This document shows positions 1-9,461 of a DNA stretch of 64,000 bases, piece after piece. This DNA is from Deltaproteobacteria bacterium (GTDB taxonomy: Bacteria > Myxococcota_A > Polyangia > Polyangiales > Ga0077539). The position numbers and the translations under genes are program-made. Position 1 is the stretch's first letter. Each line of letters opens with the position of its first letter. The stretch is from assembly GCA_030694465.1 (NCBI GenBank), contig JAUXYJ010000103.1, positions 27,057 to 91,056 of the forward strand, read 5' to 3'. Under the pieces are notes generated by a model. It worked only from the letters and a program-made list of their open reading frames with translations, did not search any database and was not told where the DNA came from.

Positions 1-1
1 C

Positions 2-172
2 ATCTCAGCGCTCTATCAGTGGCTCACCACGGGCGCCTCGCCGAGCGGCGATGTGCAGTGGAACTTTGAGAAATTTGTCGTCAATCGCGAAGGTCAAATC
101 GTGGGTCGATTTCGCTCCAACGTGACGCCCGAATCGCGCGAACTTCGCGACTGCATTGTCAACGTTTTGTGA
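2..172 (+). CDS. Glutathione peroxidase, C-terminal fragment (gene starts upstream of window)
   Basis: Frame 2 translates to ...DVQWNFEKFVVNREGQIVGRFRSNVTPE..., the conserved C-terminal WNFEKFLV motif of GPx-family peroxidases. Stop TGA at 170-172. Confidence 0.6.
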   Translation: MSALYQWLTTGASPSGDVQWNFEKFVVNREGQIVGRFRSNVTPESRELRDCIVNVL

Positions 173-194
173 TCAGAAATTCTCGTAGTTTTTT

Positions 195-207
195 GACTTA
201 AAGTCAC
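195..207. promoter_or_regulatory. Inverted repeat TGACTTAAAGTCA in an AT-rich 200-bp intergenic region (possible operator)
   Basis: Perfect 6-1-6 palindrome read directly. It lies in the only AT-rich stretch (172-372) between the GPx fragment and the next ORF. Confidence 0.2.
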
Positions 208-372
208 GCAAAAGACTACCCATACACTTCAATAATTGCGTGCGATTTTAGCTGCGAAAGCGCTCACCGTGCACCGAGCAATTCGTGATTTTGACACCTG
301 CTTCACGAGGGCTTCGCGACGTGGTTCACACTGCACGAACGATCCACTTGCGGGACTGTGTACGGATAGGGG

Positions 373-1089
373 ATGGTGTTCGGCCCTCGCATGAGCAACA
401 CCCCCATCGCTAGCCCTACAGTGTCGTCGCTTTCACAAGCGCGACGCATGCTCAAAACAGGCGAGAAGACCCTCGCAAAGATCGCCAACAAGAAGCACGG
501 CGCTGAGCTGTCCGTGGGGGTTCGCTCGCTTCGCAAGGCTCAGACCTCGCTCACCGACGCGCTCGAATCGATGGAGAGCTCACAGCGCGAGCGCTCGATT
601 GCGCGCGCACGTGCCGCACGGGACATCGCGGACCTCATGGCGCTGTTTCAGCTCTTGCGTCCGGTGCTCCGCCGCCGTGGCTCTTCGCTCCCCAGCGTCC
701 CGATGAACGACAGCGCGAGCCTGCTCTTTCGCGGGAGCGCGATGAGGCTCTCTGCGCTCATGACGCTCGCCGCGAAGGCGATGCACAACAGCGACGGCGC
801 CAGCGTGGACGACACCGTGCTCAAGGCGTGCCGACGCATGGCGCGCAAAGTGACACGATCACTCGAGGCCCTCGCGCTGATCGAGACCGCAGCGCGCAAG
901 CAACAGCGGTCACTCGATCGACGCTTGTTCGCTTGGGAAATCGCACACGCTCGTGCAAAGCATCCCATCGCTGCGGACCCGCTCCCCAGAGTGCGCAGCG
1001 CCAAAGCCAACGAGACCGTCGCACGTCCTGGTGTGCGCAAAGTGGTCGTCCTCGAAGAGGCCCGCGAGCGCGTCGCGCGGAGCCTCTAG
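373..1089 (+). CDS. Hypothetical protein (Ala/Arg-rich, helical)
   Basis: 238-aa ORF with coding-like, GC3-rich codon usage. No recognisable motif. Antisense ORFs overlap it. Confidence 0.4.
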   Translation: MVFGPRMSNTPIASPTVSSLSQARRMLKTGEKTLAKIANKKHGAELSVGVRSLRKAQTSLTDALESMESSQRERSIARARAARDIADLMALFQLLRPVLRRRGSSLPSVPMNDSASLLFRGSAMRLSALMTLAAKAMHNSDGASVDDTVLKACRRMARKVTRSLEALALIETAARKQQRSLDRRLFAWEIAHARAKHPIAADPLPRVRSAKANETVARPGVRKVVVLEEARERVARSL

Positions 1090-1568
1090 CGCGCTGCGCT
1101 GCACGGCAAGAGATAGTCGCAGCGATCGACCTCCCAGCGCGCCTCGAGCACACCACAGCGCTCACGCACCAAGGTGGCTTGGACCGAGAGCTTCTCAAAC
1201 TCCCACCATGCGCGATCGCGCAGCGTGGGATCGAGTAGCTTCTGCGAGAGAGAGAGCCCATCGACGAAGACCGAGGCGCTCGCAGGACGTGTTCCGCGAG
1301 CGAATCCCCTCGCCAATGCGGCGCCGCACCAGCGCTCAAGAAACCGCAAGACCGTGAGCCCATCCGGCGCTTCGTCGCACGCGCGGAGGGCAGGCACGAG
1401 ATACCCCTCCTCGACGAGCCTGCGGGCACGCGTCGCATCGAGCGCCTCGAAGGTCTTTACCCCGGCGACGTAGATCCCCCCGTGAATCGCGAGAAGCTCG
1501 TCGCGGCGGAGCATGGTCGCGGCGCGTACGATGTGGTGTGTGACCTGATCCCTGTGTTGAATGTCCAT
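1086..1568 (-). CDS. Hypothetical protein
   Basis: 160-aa ORF, convergent with the previous gene. No motif recognised. Confidence 0.35.
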   Translation of the reverse strand: MDIQHRDQVTHHIVRAATMLRRDELLAIHGGIYVAGVKTFEALDATRARRLVEEGYLVPALRACDEAPDGLTVLRFLERWCGAALARGFARGTRPASASVFVDGLSLSQKLLDPTLRDRAWWEFEKLSVQATLVRERCGVLEARWEVDRCDYLLPCSAAR

Positions 1569-1788
1569 GGCGTGGGTCCAATCGCACAGACTGGGCCAGG
1601 GATAAGACCGTGTATTTTCAAGGAGTTATCGACGATCAGCGTGGCGGTCCGCCATGGCGGTTCCATGGCGGTATCGAAGGGAGTGCCATCTGTCGTTCGA
1701 GTGCGCGATGATCGTGGAGGACTGTGCACTTCACCGCGGAGCACAAACGCGGGGATGCATCGATCACGTCCAAAGGTTGAGAGATTTC

Positions 1789-3372
1789 ATGACGGACATC
1801 CAGGCACTTGAGCGCGCAGCGTCGGCACGCATCGGCTCGATCTTATCTGAGAAATACCAGCTCGAAGCGCTCTTGGGCTTTGGCGGTACCGCCGCCGTCT
1901 ATGTGGCCACCAACGTGTACGTAGGGCGCCCATGCGCGATTAAGGTCTTGCACGGTGAGCATCGCCGAGAGCCTGAGCTGGTCGAGAGGTTTAAGCGCGA
2001 GGCCTTTGCGGCCAATCGGGTCCGCATCGAAGGGCAAGCGCACCCCAACGTCGTGGACATCGTGGACGCCGGCGAGAGCGACGGACAGCTCTACCTCGTG
2101 CAAGAGCTCTTGCATGGAGAAACACTGGCGGATTACCTCGATGAGCAGCCCGAGCGGCGGCTCTCAGCCGAGGTCACCGTGGCGCTCATGCGACCCGTAC
2201 TGCATGCGATCGCGGTGGGGCACAGCGTGGGTGTTGTGCATCGCGATCTCAAACCCGAGAACGTGTTCTTGGTGGACCGCTCGGCGCTCGGAAAACCGCC
2301 GCTGCCCAAGGTGCTGGACTTTGGCATCGCCCAGCTCCAAGACGCGCGGATCACTGTCAAAGACCGCATGCACGGGACCCCGGCGTACATGGCTCCCGAG
2401 GCGTTTACCGACCCGCTCTCGGTCGACGCGCGGGCAGACGTGTGGGGCCTGGGTCTGATGCTCTACGAGCTCTTAAGCGGGCAGAACCCGTTTGCGCGCG
2501 ACAACGAGTCCTGGATGGCCGAGATCCACGCCGTGCAGACGCAGCCCGTGCCCGTGCTGAGCGTCGAGGGCGTGCCGATCGCGCTCGAAGCGCTGGTGCG
2601 ACGCGCGCTGAGCAAAGACCGCACGATGCGCTTTGAGAACGCCGCTTCGATGCTCCACGCGCTCGATCGCGCGCTTGACCCTGACAACGTGCTCGAGGTG
2701 GCCTCGGGCAGCGTCGCCGAGCACGTCCGCGAGTCGGTGGCGGGTGGCGAGCTGCGGTGCAATGGCCTGCGATTTTGCGCTCCGTGGAGCTCTGTGGGCG
2801 AGATGCTCGCGGTCCTTGAGCTCGAAGATTTCTCTCCGCTGCGAACGCTCGTGTTGGCCGAGGCCACCGAAGAGAGCCTCGCGAACAAGCAGCGCAACAT
2901 GGGCGCCAACGAGCTGGTCGTCGCGATCGCGCAGAGCCCCGCGTGTCGCTCGCTGACCGAGCTCACGATCGGTGGCAGCAATCTCACGGTGGCGGGGGTG
3001 ATCGCGCTCACCGCGACGGCCGCGTTTGCGACCCTCCGCACGCTCTCACTTCCGCGCAATCGGCTGGGAGATCTCGGCGCAGTCGCGATCGCGGATGCGC
3101 CCCACTGGAGCGGCCTCACCGCGCTCGATCTCTCGTCCAATGCCATCGGAGACGAGGGCGCACGCGCGATCGCCCAGGGCATGCTGGCGTCACTGACCTC
3201 GCTGGACCTGTCCCACAATCGGATCACCGACGTCGGCGCGCGCTGGCTCGTCGAGAGCGCCTCGCTTACGCAGCTCGCGTGCATGAATCTCGACGGAAAT
3301 CCCCTGAGCGCCGAGCTGATCGCAGAGCTCTCCGCGCGCACCGATCGGCTCTATTTACTGTCACCAAGCTGA
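1789..3372 (+). CDS. Serine/threonine protein kinase with C-terminal leucine-rich repeat (ribonuclease-inhibitor-like) domain
   Basis: Hanks kinase motifs are present: GxGxxAxV, AIK, HRDLKPENV, DFG, APE. The C-terminus carries LRR_RI-type repeats (LDLSSNAIGDEGARAIA..LDLSHNRITDVGARWL). The ATG at 1789 (MTDIQALERA) follows aGGttGAGAG; the ORF is open back to 1654. Confidence 0.85.
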   Translation: MTDIQALERAASARIGSILSEKYQLEALLGFGGTAAVYVATNVYVGRPCAIKVLHGEHRREPELVERFKREAFAANRVRIEGQAHPNVVDIVDAGESDGQLYLVQELLHGETLADYLDEQPERRLSAEVTVALMRPVLHAIAVGHSVGVVHRDLKPENVFLVDRSALGKPPLPKVLDFGIAQLQDARITVKDRMHGTPAYMAPEAFTDPLSVDARADVWGLGLMLYELLSGQNPFARDNESWMAEIHAVQTQPVPVLSVEGVPIALEALVRRALSKDRTMRFENAASMLHALDRALDPDNVLEVASGSVAEHVRESVAGGELRCNGLRFCAPWSSVGEMLAVLELEDFSPLRTLVLAEATEESLANKQRNMGANELVVAIAQSPACRSLTELTIGGSNLTVAGVIALTATAAFATLRTLSLPRNRLGDLGAVAIADAPHWSGLTALDLSSNAIGDEGARAIAQGMLASLTSLDLSHNRITDVGARWLVESASLTQLACMNLDGNPLSAELIAELSARTDRLYLLSPS

Positions 3373-3493
3373 GTGATTCGACACGCCGAATGGACCGGCT
3401 CGCGGGGTTGGGCCACACTGTGCGCCTAAACTTTGGCTGTGTGCGCGCGACGCTCGTGCCGCGCTCAGCCCACACAGTGAGGCTCTTCACGCT

Positions 3494-4045
3494 ATGGGAC
3501 CTGCAAATCGAGTCGTGCTTCTCTCTGTGTTCGCGATGATCGCAACGCTCAGCGCGTCCTGCGCGGCGCGCGTCGACCCCGAACGCGACGACGGAGGGCG
3601 CGGTGACGCACTCGATGGGAGCGTCACGACCGGCGAGGACGCTGGGCGCGACGTGCGATTTCGCGATGTGCCCATCCCTCCCGAGGACGTTTTTCGCGAA
3701 CCTCCGTGCCCTGATGGGTCCACCGATGGCGTGCGAATGTACTCGTGCGATCCGTTGACCCAGCGAGGGTGCTCGGCGGGCGAGGCCTGCTACCCGTACA
3801 TCGAGTACCCCATGGGTCGCTGCGCGCGAGAGATCTACCGCGCCGAGTGCGTGCAAGCGGGCACCTCGCAGCCAGGGTCTGCCTGCGAGGGCAGCCAGTC
3901 CTGCGTGGCAGGGAGCACCTGCTTTGCGACCGGCGCGGGCACCCGCTGCCTGCGATTGTGTCGCCTCGACGGAACCGAGCCACGCTGCCCTCGTGGCGCA
4001 GTCTGCGAGCCCACAGACATCCCTGACTTCGGTGCATGCGATTGA
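3494..4045 (+). CDS. Cys-rich secreted lipoprotein
   Basis: Signal peptide with lipobox (MIATLSASC), then many paired Cys in the mature part. The antisense ORF 3266-4156 is rejected. Confidence 0.5.
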   Translation: MGPANRVVLLSVFAMIATLSASCAARVDPERDDGGRGDALDGSVTTGEDAGRDVRFRDVPIPPEDVFREPPCPDGSTDGVRMYSCDPLTQRGCSAGEACYPYIEYPMGRCAREIYRAECVQAGTSQPGSACEGSQSCVAGSTCFATGAGTRCLRLCRLDGTEPRCPRGAVCEPTDIPDFGACD

Positions 4046-5661
4046 TGAACCACCATTCAGTCTCACCCCTACGAGTCCTCGCGGGTCTGAGCGTGCTTTT
4101 GGGGACCGCCCAGTGTGGCGCGCGCACGGGGCTTGAGGTCGAGCCGCCGCCCCCACGTCCCCCGGACTGCGTCACCGACAGCGACTGTGATGACCGGCTT
4201 TTTTGCAGCGGAATCGAGCGTTGCATCGAAGAGCGCTGTGTCCCTGGCGCGCCCGTCGTGTGCGACGACAACGACCGCTGCACCACGGACCGCTGCGACG
4301 AGACCACACGTGCATGTACGACCACACCGCGGACGCGCGACGAGGACGGCGATGGGCACAACGCGATCGCAGCCGGAGCGCAACCAGGCAGCCCAGACGC
4401 GTGCGGTGACGACTGCGACGACCAGGATCGCGCGGTGTTTCCGGGTGCGACCGAGGTGTGCAACGGCCGCGATGACAATTGTAACGGCGTGATCGATGAC
4501 AACGCGACGTTTAGCCCCGCGGGGCCCGACGTCGCGGTGAGCGAGCCCACCCTTGCGCCCTCGAGCGTTGGAGGCGTCGCGTGGTCTGGGACGAGCTACC
4601 TCGCGTCGTTCTGGGGCTACGAGCGCAGCGCTGCTCACGTGTATTTTACCGAGCGAAATCGCGATGGGTCCGCGACACAGACGCCTCCGACACGGAGACT
4701 CACGCTGTCCGAACCCGACGCCTATGGCGCGGGAGTTGCGTGGACTGGGCGCGCCCTGGGGATCGTGTGGCAAGACCGCCGCGACGGGGACTACGAGATC
4801 TATTTTAATCGCCTCAACGCGCAGGGCGAGAAGCTTGGACCAGACCAGCGCGTGACTTTTAGCAGGGGATTTTCGATCAATCCCAGCATCACGTGGACCG
4901 GCGTAGACTTTGTTCTTGCGTGGCAAGACGAGCGCGACACGGTGCCCGTCCCCGGTGGAGCAAACCGCAATTTCGAGATTTATCTCCAGCGAATCGATGA
5001 GCAAGGGCGACAGATCGAGGACAACGTTCGGCTCACGCGGGACAGCGCAAACAGCGAGTCTCCGGTGGTCGCGTATGGGGGCGGGACCGTCGGGGTCACC
5101 TGGCTCGATGGCCGCGGCGCGATGCCCAACGCTGAGGGAAATCGCGGGATTTTCTTCGCTCCGCTCACCCCGGACTTACGGCGACTGGGACCCGATCTAC
5201 GCGTCACTCCCCAGGGCTTCGACGCGGTCTCGCCCGTGCTCGCGTTTAACCGCGATCGCTGGGTCCTCGCGTGGCACGACGCGCTCGCGAGCAGCACCGA
5301 TCACGAAATCTGGGGCGCCATCCGCAGCCCGTCGGGGGCCGAGCTCGTCGCTCCCCGTAGGCTCACGATGGACGCTGGATTCTCTCGGTATCCATCGCTC
5401 GTCACGCTCGGAGACCGCGTGCTCATGCTCTGGGCCGACGACCGCGCGGGCAGCGGCTACGACGTGTGGGCGCGCATGTACTCTGCCGCGCTTGAGCCTC
5501 TGAGCACCGAGCAGCGCGTCACGATGGGCTCGCGTGACTCGGTCTATCCCCTCGCGACGCTCGGCCCTGACGGCGACGTGGGCGTCTTGTTTCGAGATCA
5601 ACGCGAGGGGCGCTGGCAGGTGCGATTTACCCGCCTGCAGTGCGCTCTCCCGCGCCCCTAA
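4036..5661 (+). CDS. Secreted protein with Myxococcus-type Cys-rich disulfide repeat (DCDD..PGAxExCNGxDDNCNG) and beta-propeller-like W-x-D repeats
   Basis: Signal/lipobox LLGTAQC. It carries the CxxDxDCDD...CNGRDDNCNGVIDD motif typical of the myxobacterial 'putative metal-binding' disulfide repeat. There are six or more repeats of the form LAWQD/VTWLD/LAWHD/LMLWAD. Confidence 0.6.
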   Translation: MRLMNHHSVSPLRVLAGLSVLLGTAQCGARTGLEVEPPPPRPPDCVTDSDCDDRLFCSGIERCIEERCVPGAPVVCDDNDRCTTDRCDETTRACTTTPRTRDEDGDGHNAIAAGAQPGSPDACGDDCDDQDRAVFPGATEVCNGRDDNCNGVIDDNATFSPAGPDVAVSEPTLAPSSVGGVAWSGTSYLASFWGYERSAAHVYFTERNRDGSATQTPPTRRLTLSEPDAYGAGVAWTGRALGIVWQDRRDGDYEIYFNRLNAQGEKLGPDQRVTFSRGFSINPSITWTGVDFVLAWQDERDTVPVPGGANRNFEIYLQRIDEQGRQIEDNVRLTRDSANSESPVVAYGGGTVGVTWLDGRGAMPNAEGNRGIFFAPLTPDLRRLGPDLRVTPQGFDAVSPVLAFNRDRWVLAWHDALASSTDHEIWGAIRSPSGAELVAPRRLTMDAGFSRYPSLVTLGDRVLMLWADDRAGSGYDVWARMYSAALEPLSTEQRVTMGSRDSVYPLATLGPDGDVGVLFRDQREGRWQVRFTRLQCALPRP

Positions 5662-5747
5662 GCGCGCGCACGGCGGGACACCCTATGCGCACGGCGTGCG
5701 GGCGCTGCGAGCGCCCAGAGGGTGTCTGGCGAGGGCAATGTTTCAGG

Positions 5748-8456
5748 TCATTGAGCGATCGCGTTTCCAAACGCGTCACCTCGGGCGACCCCGGTGAGCT
5801 CGGCCTGCGCGGTCGGGACCAGCCCCGACGCGTCTCCGCGAAAGACCGAGACGCTGCCAGCGCTGATGCGACCACCTGGCGACGCAGCAAGCGCGCTCAC
5901 CAGAACATCCCCAAAACCATCGCCGTTGAGATCGCATGCGCCGCCGACCGCGTGGCCAAACGCGATGTTTGCCGTCGCCCCGTCGAGCACGCGGTCTGCC
6001 ACGGCGCCCAGCCCCATGGCGCTGCCGTAGAACACCCTCGCGCTGCCCGCGCGCGACCGACCCAACGGAGACGCGCCAACCACACCCACCACGAGGTCTG
6101 CAAAACCATCGCCGTTGATGTCTCCTGCGGACGAGACATCACTGCCAAACAGGTCGTTTGCTAGCAGGCCCTCGAGCACACGAGCCGCCGGAGCTGAAAC
6201 ACCCGTTGCGCTGCCGTGAAACACGGTCACCATCCCCGCGGACGAGCGCCCACCGGGCGAAGCTCCGATGGAGCTGATGGCGATGTCCGAGTAGCCGTCG
6301 CCGTTGAGATCGCCGGCGAAGGCGACGGTGTCACCGAAGGACTCGTCCTCCACGGTGCCCGCGAAGTACCGCGCATGAGTGCGCACAATCCCTGCAGAAC
6401 TACCGAGAAAGAGCCTCGCGTGCCCTGCCAAAGAGACCCCACCTGGGGATGCTGCATAGCCGCCTACGAGCAGATCGGTGAAGCCGTCTCCGTTTACGTC
6501 TCCGCCCCCATGGACGGACTCGCCAAAGACATCGATCGACTCAAGTCCAGCAAGCACGGCGTTCGCGGCGGATGAAACGCTTGTTGCGCTCCCGTGAAAC
6601 ACGCTCACGGTGCCCGCAGTGTCTAAACCGACCGCCGGGGTCGCCGCGTAGGCACCGACCGCGAGGTCCGCGTAACCGTCGGCGTTGATGTCACCGCTTC
6701 CGGTGACCGAGAAGCCAAATTCGTCACCCGCCGCGGCCCCTACGAGCGTGCGCACCACCGCCGTCTGCAGGCCCGCTGCGCTGCCGTGAAAGACCGACGC
6801 GCTGCCCGCTTCACCGCGCCCACCAGGGTCTGCGCCTGGCGCGCCCACGACGAGATCTGCGTACCCGTCGCCGTTAAGATCCCCGGCCGAAGCGACAGCG
6901 CTCCCGAAGAAGTCATCGACAGCTAGGCCCTGCAAAAGTGCAGACGGAGTCGTCGAGAGACCCATCGCGCTCCCGAGAAAAATCGACACGGTCCCAGCGT
7001 TGCTTCGGCCGCTTGGGTCCGCGTTGGGTGCCCCGACGGCGACGTCGTCAAAGCCATCGCCGTTGACGTCCAGGTGCGGGCTCACGCTGACATCGACGCC
7101 CGCGCTCGATTCGGTCGCAGGGGTATGAAACAACCACACGGGGCTGTTTGCCATCCCCTCGATGACGCCGTTGCGGCCACGCATGCGCCAAAAGATCACT
7201 GAGCGCGCAGGGAGCGCCATCGTTGGGCGCGCGCTCGTCCCGGTCACGCGGAGGGTCTCGATCACCAGAGTGCACGCGCGATCGCGACAGAGCTCTACCG
7301 TCGCGCCATCGCTCCCGGCCGCGAGAGCCCAGCGAATCGTTGGGCGAAGTGAGGTGGTGTCTCCGAGCGAAATGGGCATGACTGCGCGAGGCGGGTTCAC
7401 TGGCGTCACGCACACGCCGCCCAAGAGCGCGAAGCCCGCGTTGCAAGCGAATCCACACGCGCTCGCTGCGCAGGTCGCGGTCGCGTTGGCCGGAACCGGA
7501 CACGCCATCGCGCACGCGCCGCAATTGTTCACATCAGTCGTGAGGTTCGCACAGCGAGCCGTTGCGCCCATTCCACACTGTGTTTCTCCAGCCGAACACG
7601 CCGGCACACACGCCGAGGCGTTGCACGTCGTTGTGCCTCCTGCGGGCGCGATACATCGGCTCGCGCACGCGCCGCAGTGATCTCGACTGACCCGAGTGTC
7701 GACCTCGCAGCCGTTGCTTGCGTCTCCATCGCAGTCCGCAAAACCGACGGCACACGCCCCACGTCCGCAGCGATTGAGCCGGCACTCCGCGACCGCATTC
7801 GCTGGCGTGGGACACACAGTGCCGCACGCGCCACAGTTTTGCGAATCCCCGGTCACGTCCACACACACCCGCATGCCGGCAGGGCCGCAGACCAAATTGG
7901 GCAGAGGACAGCCCGTATCGCACGTCCCCATCACGCAGAGCTGCCCCATCGGACACGCAGTCCCACACGCACCACAGTTTGCGTTGTCGGTCTGCAAATC
8001 CACACACGAGTTCACTCCGCTCGCAGTGCAGATCGAGCGGCTGCTGGGGCACGCATTCACACACGCGCCCGAGGCACATGTCGCCGTGCCTCCCGCGGGA
8101 TTCGTGCAGGTAGTTCCACACATGCCGCAGTTCGCCGAGCTCGTCTGCAAACTGACACACACGCCCGCACAGCGGGTCTCACCCGCGGGACAGCTCAGAT
8201 CGGGCCCCGCATCGGACGCGTCGCTGTCGTTGTCGACAACGTCCATGCCCGCCTCCTCGCCTGCCTCTACGCTCGCTTCAACGCCTGTCTCAGAGCGAGC
8301 ATCCAGGCGAGCATCCAGGCGGGCGTCCAGGCGGGCGTCCAGGCCGGCGTCTGCGCCGGCGTCACCGCCATCGTCTCCAACGACCGGTACACCACAGGCG
8401 GCCGTCGTAAGCGAAACAATGAATGATTTTGCAAGCCAAGCAGTCTTTGTATTCAT
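5748..8456 (-). CDS. FG-GAP repeat (integrin-alpha-like) protein with N-terminal tandem Cys-rich CGxCG repeats; lipoprotein
   Basis: Lipoprotein signal MNTKTAWLAKSFIVSLTTAAC. An N-terminal acidic (DARL)n repeat is followed by about 10 repeats of NCGACGTxCxxxxxCxxGxC. The C-terminal half has more than 10 DxNGDGxxDLxVGAP FG-GAP modules. Confidence 0.8.
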   Translation of the reverse strand: MNTKTAWLAKSFIVSLTTAACGVPVVGDDGGDAGADAGLDARLDARLDARLDARSETGVEASVEAGEEAGMDVVDNDSDASDAGPDLSCPAGETRCAGVCVSLQTSSANCGMCGTTCTNPAGGTATCASGACVNACPSSRSICTASGVNSCVDLQTDNANCGACGTACPMGQLCVMGTCDTGCPLPNLVCGPAGMRVCVDVTGDSQNCGACGTVCPTPANAVAECRLNRCGRGACAVGFADCDGDASNGCEVDTRVSRDHCGACASRCIAPAGGTTTCNASACVPACSAGETQCGMGATARCANLTTDVNNCGACAMACPVPANATATCAASACGFACNAGFALLGGVCVTPVNPPRAVMPISLGDTTSLRPTIRWALAAGSDGATVELCRDRACTLVIETLRVTGTSARPTMALPARSVIFWRMRGRNGVIEGMANSPVWLFHTPATESSAGVDVSVSPHLDVNGDGFDDVAVGAPNADPSGRSNAGTVSIFLGSAMGLSTTPSALLQGLAVDDFFGSAVASAGDLNGDGYADLVVGAPGADPGGRGEAGSASVFHGSAAGLQTAVVRTLVGAAAGDEFGFSVTGSGDINADGYADLAVGAYAATPAVGLDTAGTVSVFHGSATSVSSAANAVLAGLESIDVFGESVHGGGDVNGDGFTDLLVGGYAASPGGVSLAGHARLFLGSSAGIVRTHARYFAGTVEDESFGDTVAFAGDLNGDGYSDIAISSIGASPGGRSSAGMVTVFHGSATGVSAPAARVLEGLLANDLFGSDVSSAGDINGDGFADLVVGVVGASPLGRSRAGSARVFYGSAMGLGAVADRVLDGATANIAFGHAVGGACDLNGDGFGDVLVSALAASPGGRISAGSVSVFRGDASGLVPTAQAELTGVARGDAFGNAIAQ
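8283..8345. repeat. 12-bp tandem repeat (GCATCCAGGCGR)x5 encoding (DARL)n inside the FG-GAP gene
   Basis: Directly visible: gcgagcatccaggcgagcatccaggcgggcgtccaggcgggcgtccaggccggcgtc. Confidence 0.7.
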
Positions 8457-8541
8457 AGCAGCTAGTCCTCTGTCGCGACGCGCGCCGCACACGAGTGTGT
8501 TGGTGTCTTGAAGGCTCTCGGCGCTTCATCATGTCGACCAT

Positions 8542-9429
8542 TTAGATGAACGAAGCGCTCTCCGGTGACTCACAGAGCGCGAGCACCAGCGACTCAATCT
8601 CATCGATCGAGAGGTCGATGCGTTGGTCTCTCGTGAGCTCATGGACGACGTGGATTTCGAGGGAGCCGAAGGTCCAGCGAGGCTGAGTCTTGAGGTGCTC
8701 TCTCCAGGCAAGGTCTCGCTCTTTTCGGGTAGTCTTAGAGATGGCTTTCAGTGTGCGCTTTTGCCCAAGCGCGAGGTCTACGCGCTGGTACCGAGCCTCG
8801 TTACGCACACAGGACATCGCATCGTTGGACAGCGCCTCGAGAACCTTGTCCCATCGCTGCAAGTCCTCGTCTCTGGGCCTACCAAGGGTCTCCATTGCAC
8901 CAAGCGCAGACCAGCGAATCACAGGGTGACTGTGCGCCGCAACGCGCTCAATCTTGCCCATCACGTCGTCGTCTCCAAGCCACGAGAGTTCGCTCAAAAC
9001 GCGCGCCACACAGAACGCGTCGCGGTCGAGGTACCACTCAAACGCAGCGATTAACGAAGCGATCTCTGAGCTAAACGAGAGCTTTCCCAAGGTGTAGATC
9101 GCGTTCATGCGAGACGAGATGCAGGCGTCGCGAAGATTTTGAGCGAGGGCGGGGAGCACCGTCAGCGGCACGCGATCGCGCACTTGCGTGACCAGCTCAC
9201 GGTCAAATATCCCGTAAATTCCCAGATCGCGAAGCAACGTCATGACATTGAGCTTGGCGTCGCAGTCGCCCGTCCCGAGCACGTCCACACACGACGCAAG
9301 CACAGCGTCGAGCCCATGGTCCACCATCAGCGCGTTGACCCACGCGCGATCCTCGAGGTGATCGATGTAGCGCGCGACGTTGTCGTGAAGCCCTCGGTCC
9401 ATCGTGTGCCCCATCGTGACCGTTGTCAT
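8542..9429 (-). CDS. Hypothetical protein (HEAT/armadillo-like helical)
   Basis: ATG at 9429 (MTTVTMGHTM) lies just downstream of the upstream gene's stop; the longer ORF-track start would overlap that gene. Helical repeat composition, no catalytic motif. Confidence 0.45.
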   Translation of the reverse strand: MTTVTMGHTMDRGLHDNVARYIDHLEDRAWVNALMVDHGLDAVLASCVDVLGTGDCDAKLNVMTLLRDLGIYGIFDRELVTQVRDRVPLTVLPALAQNLRDACISSRMNAIYTLGKLSFSSEIASLIAAFEWYLDRDAFCVARVLSELSWLGDDDVMGKIERVAAHSHPVIRWSALGAMETLGRPRDEDLQRWDKVLEALSNDAMSCVRNEARYQRVDLALGQKRTLKAISKTTRKERDLAWREHLKTQPRWTFGSLEIHVVHELTRDQRIDLSIDEIESLVLALCESPESASFI

Positions 9430-9461
9430 GGCATGCCCCAACCCTCGACGCATTCTGCGGG

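Noticed and set aside
3266-4156. 296-aa minus-strand ORF overlapping the 3494-4045 lipoprotein gene
   Set aside because: It is antisense to an ORF with a clean lipoprotein signal and a Cys pattern. Its Arg/Ala-rich composition is typical of high-GC shadow ORFs.
5640-6575. Several 60-174-aa plus-strand ORFs inside the FG-GAP gene region
   Set aside because: They lie entirely within, and antisense to, an 903-aa gene with strongly repetitive recognisable domains. They are high-GC frame-shadow artefacts.
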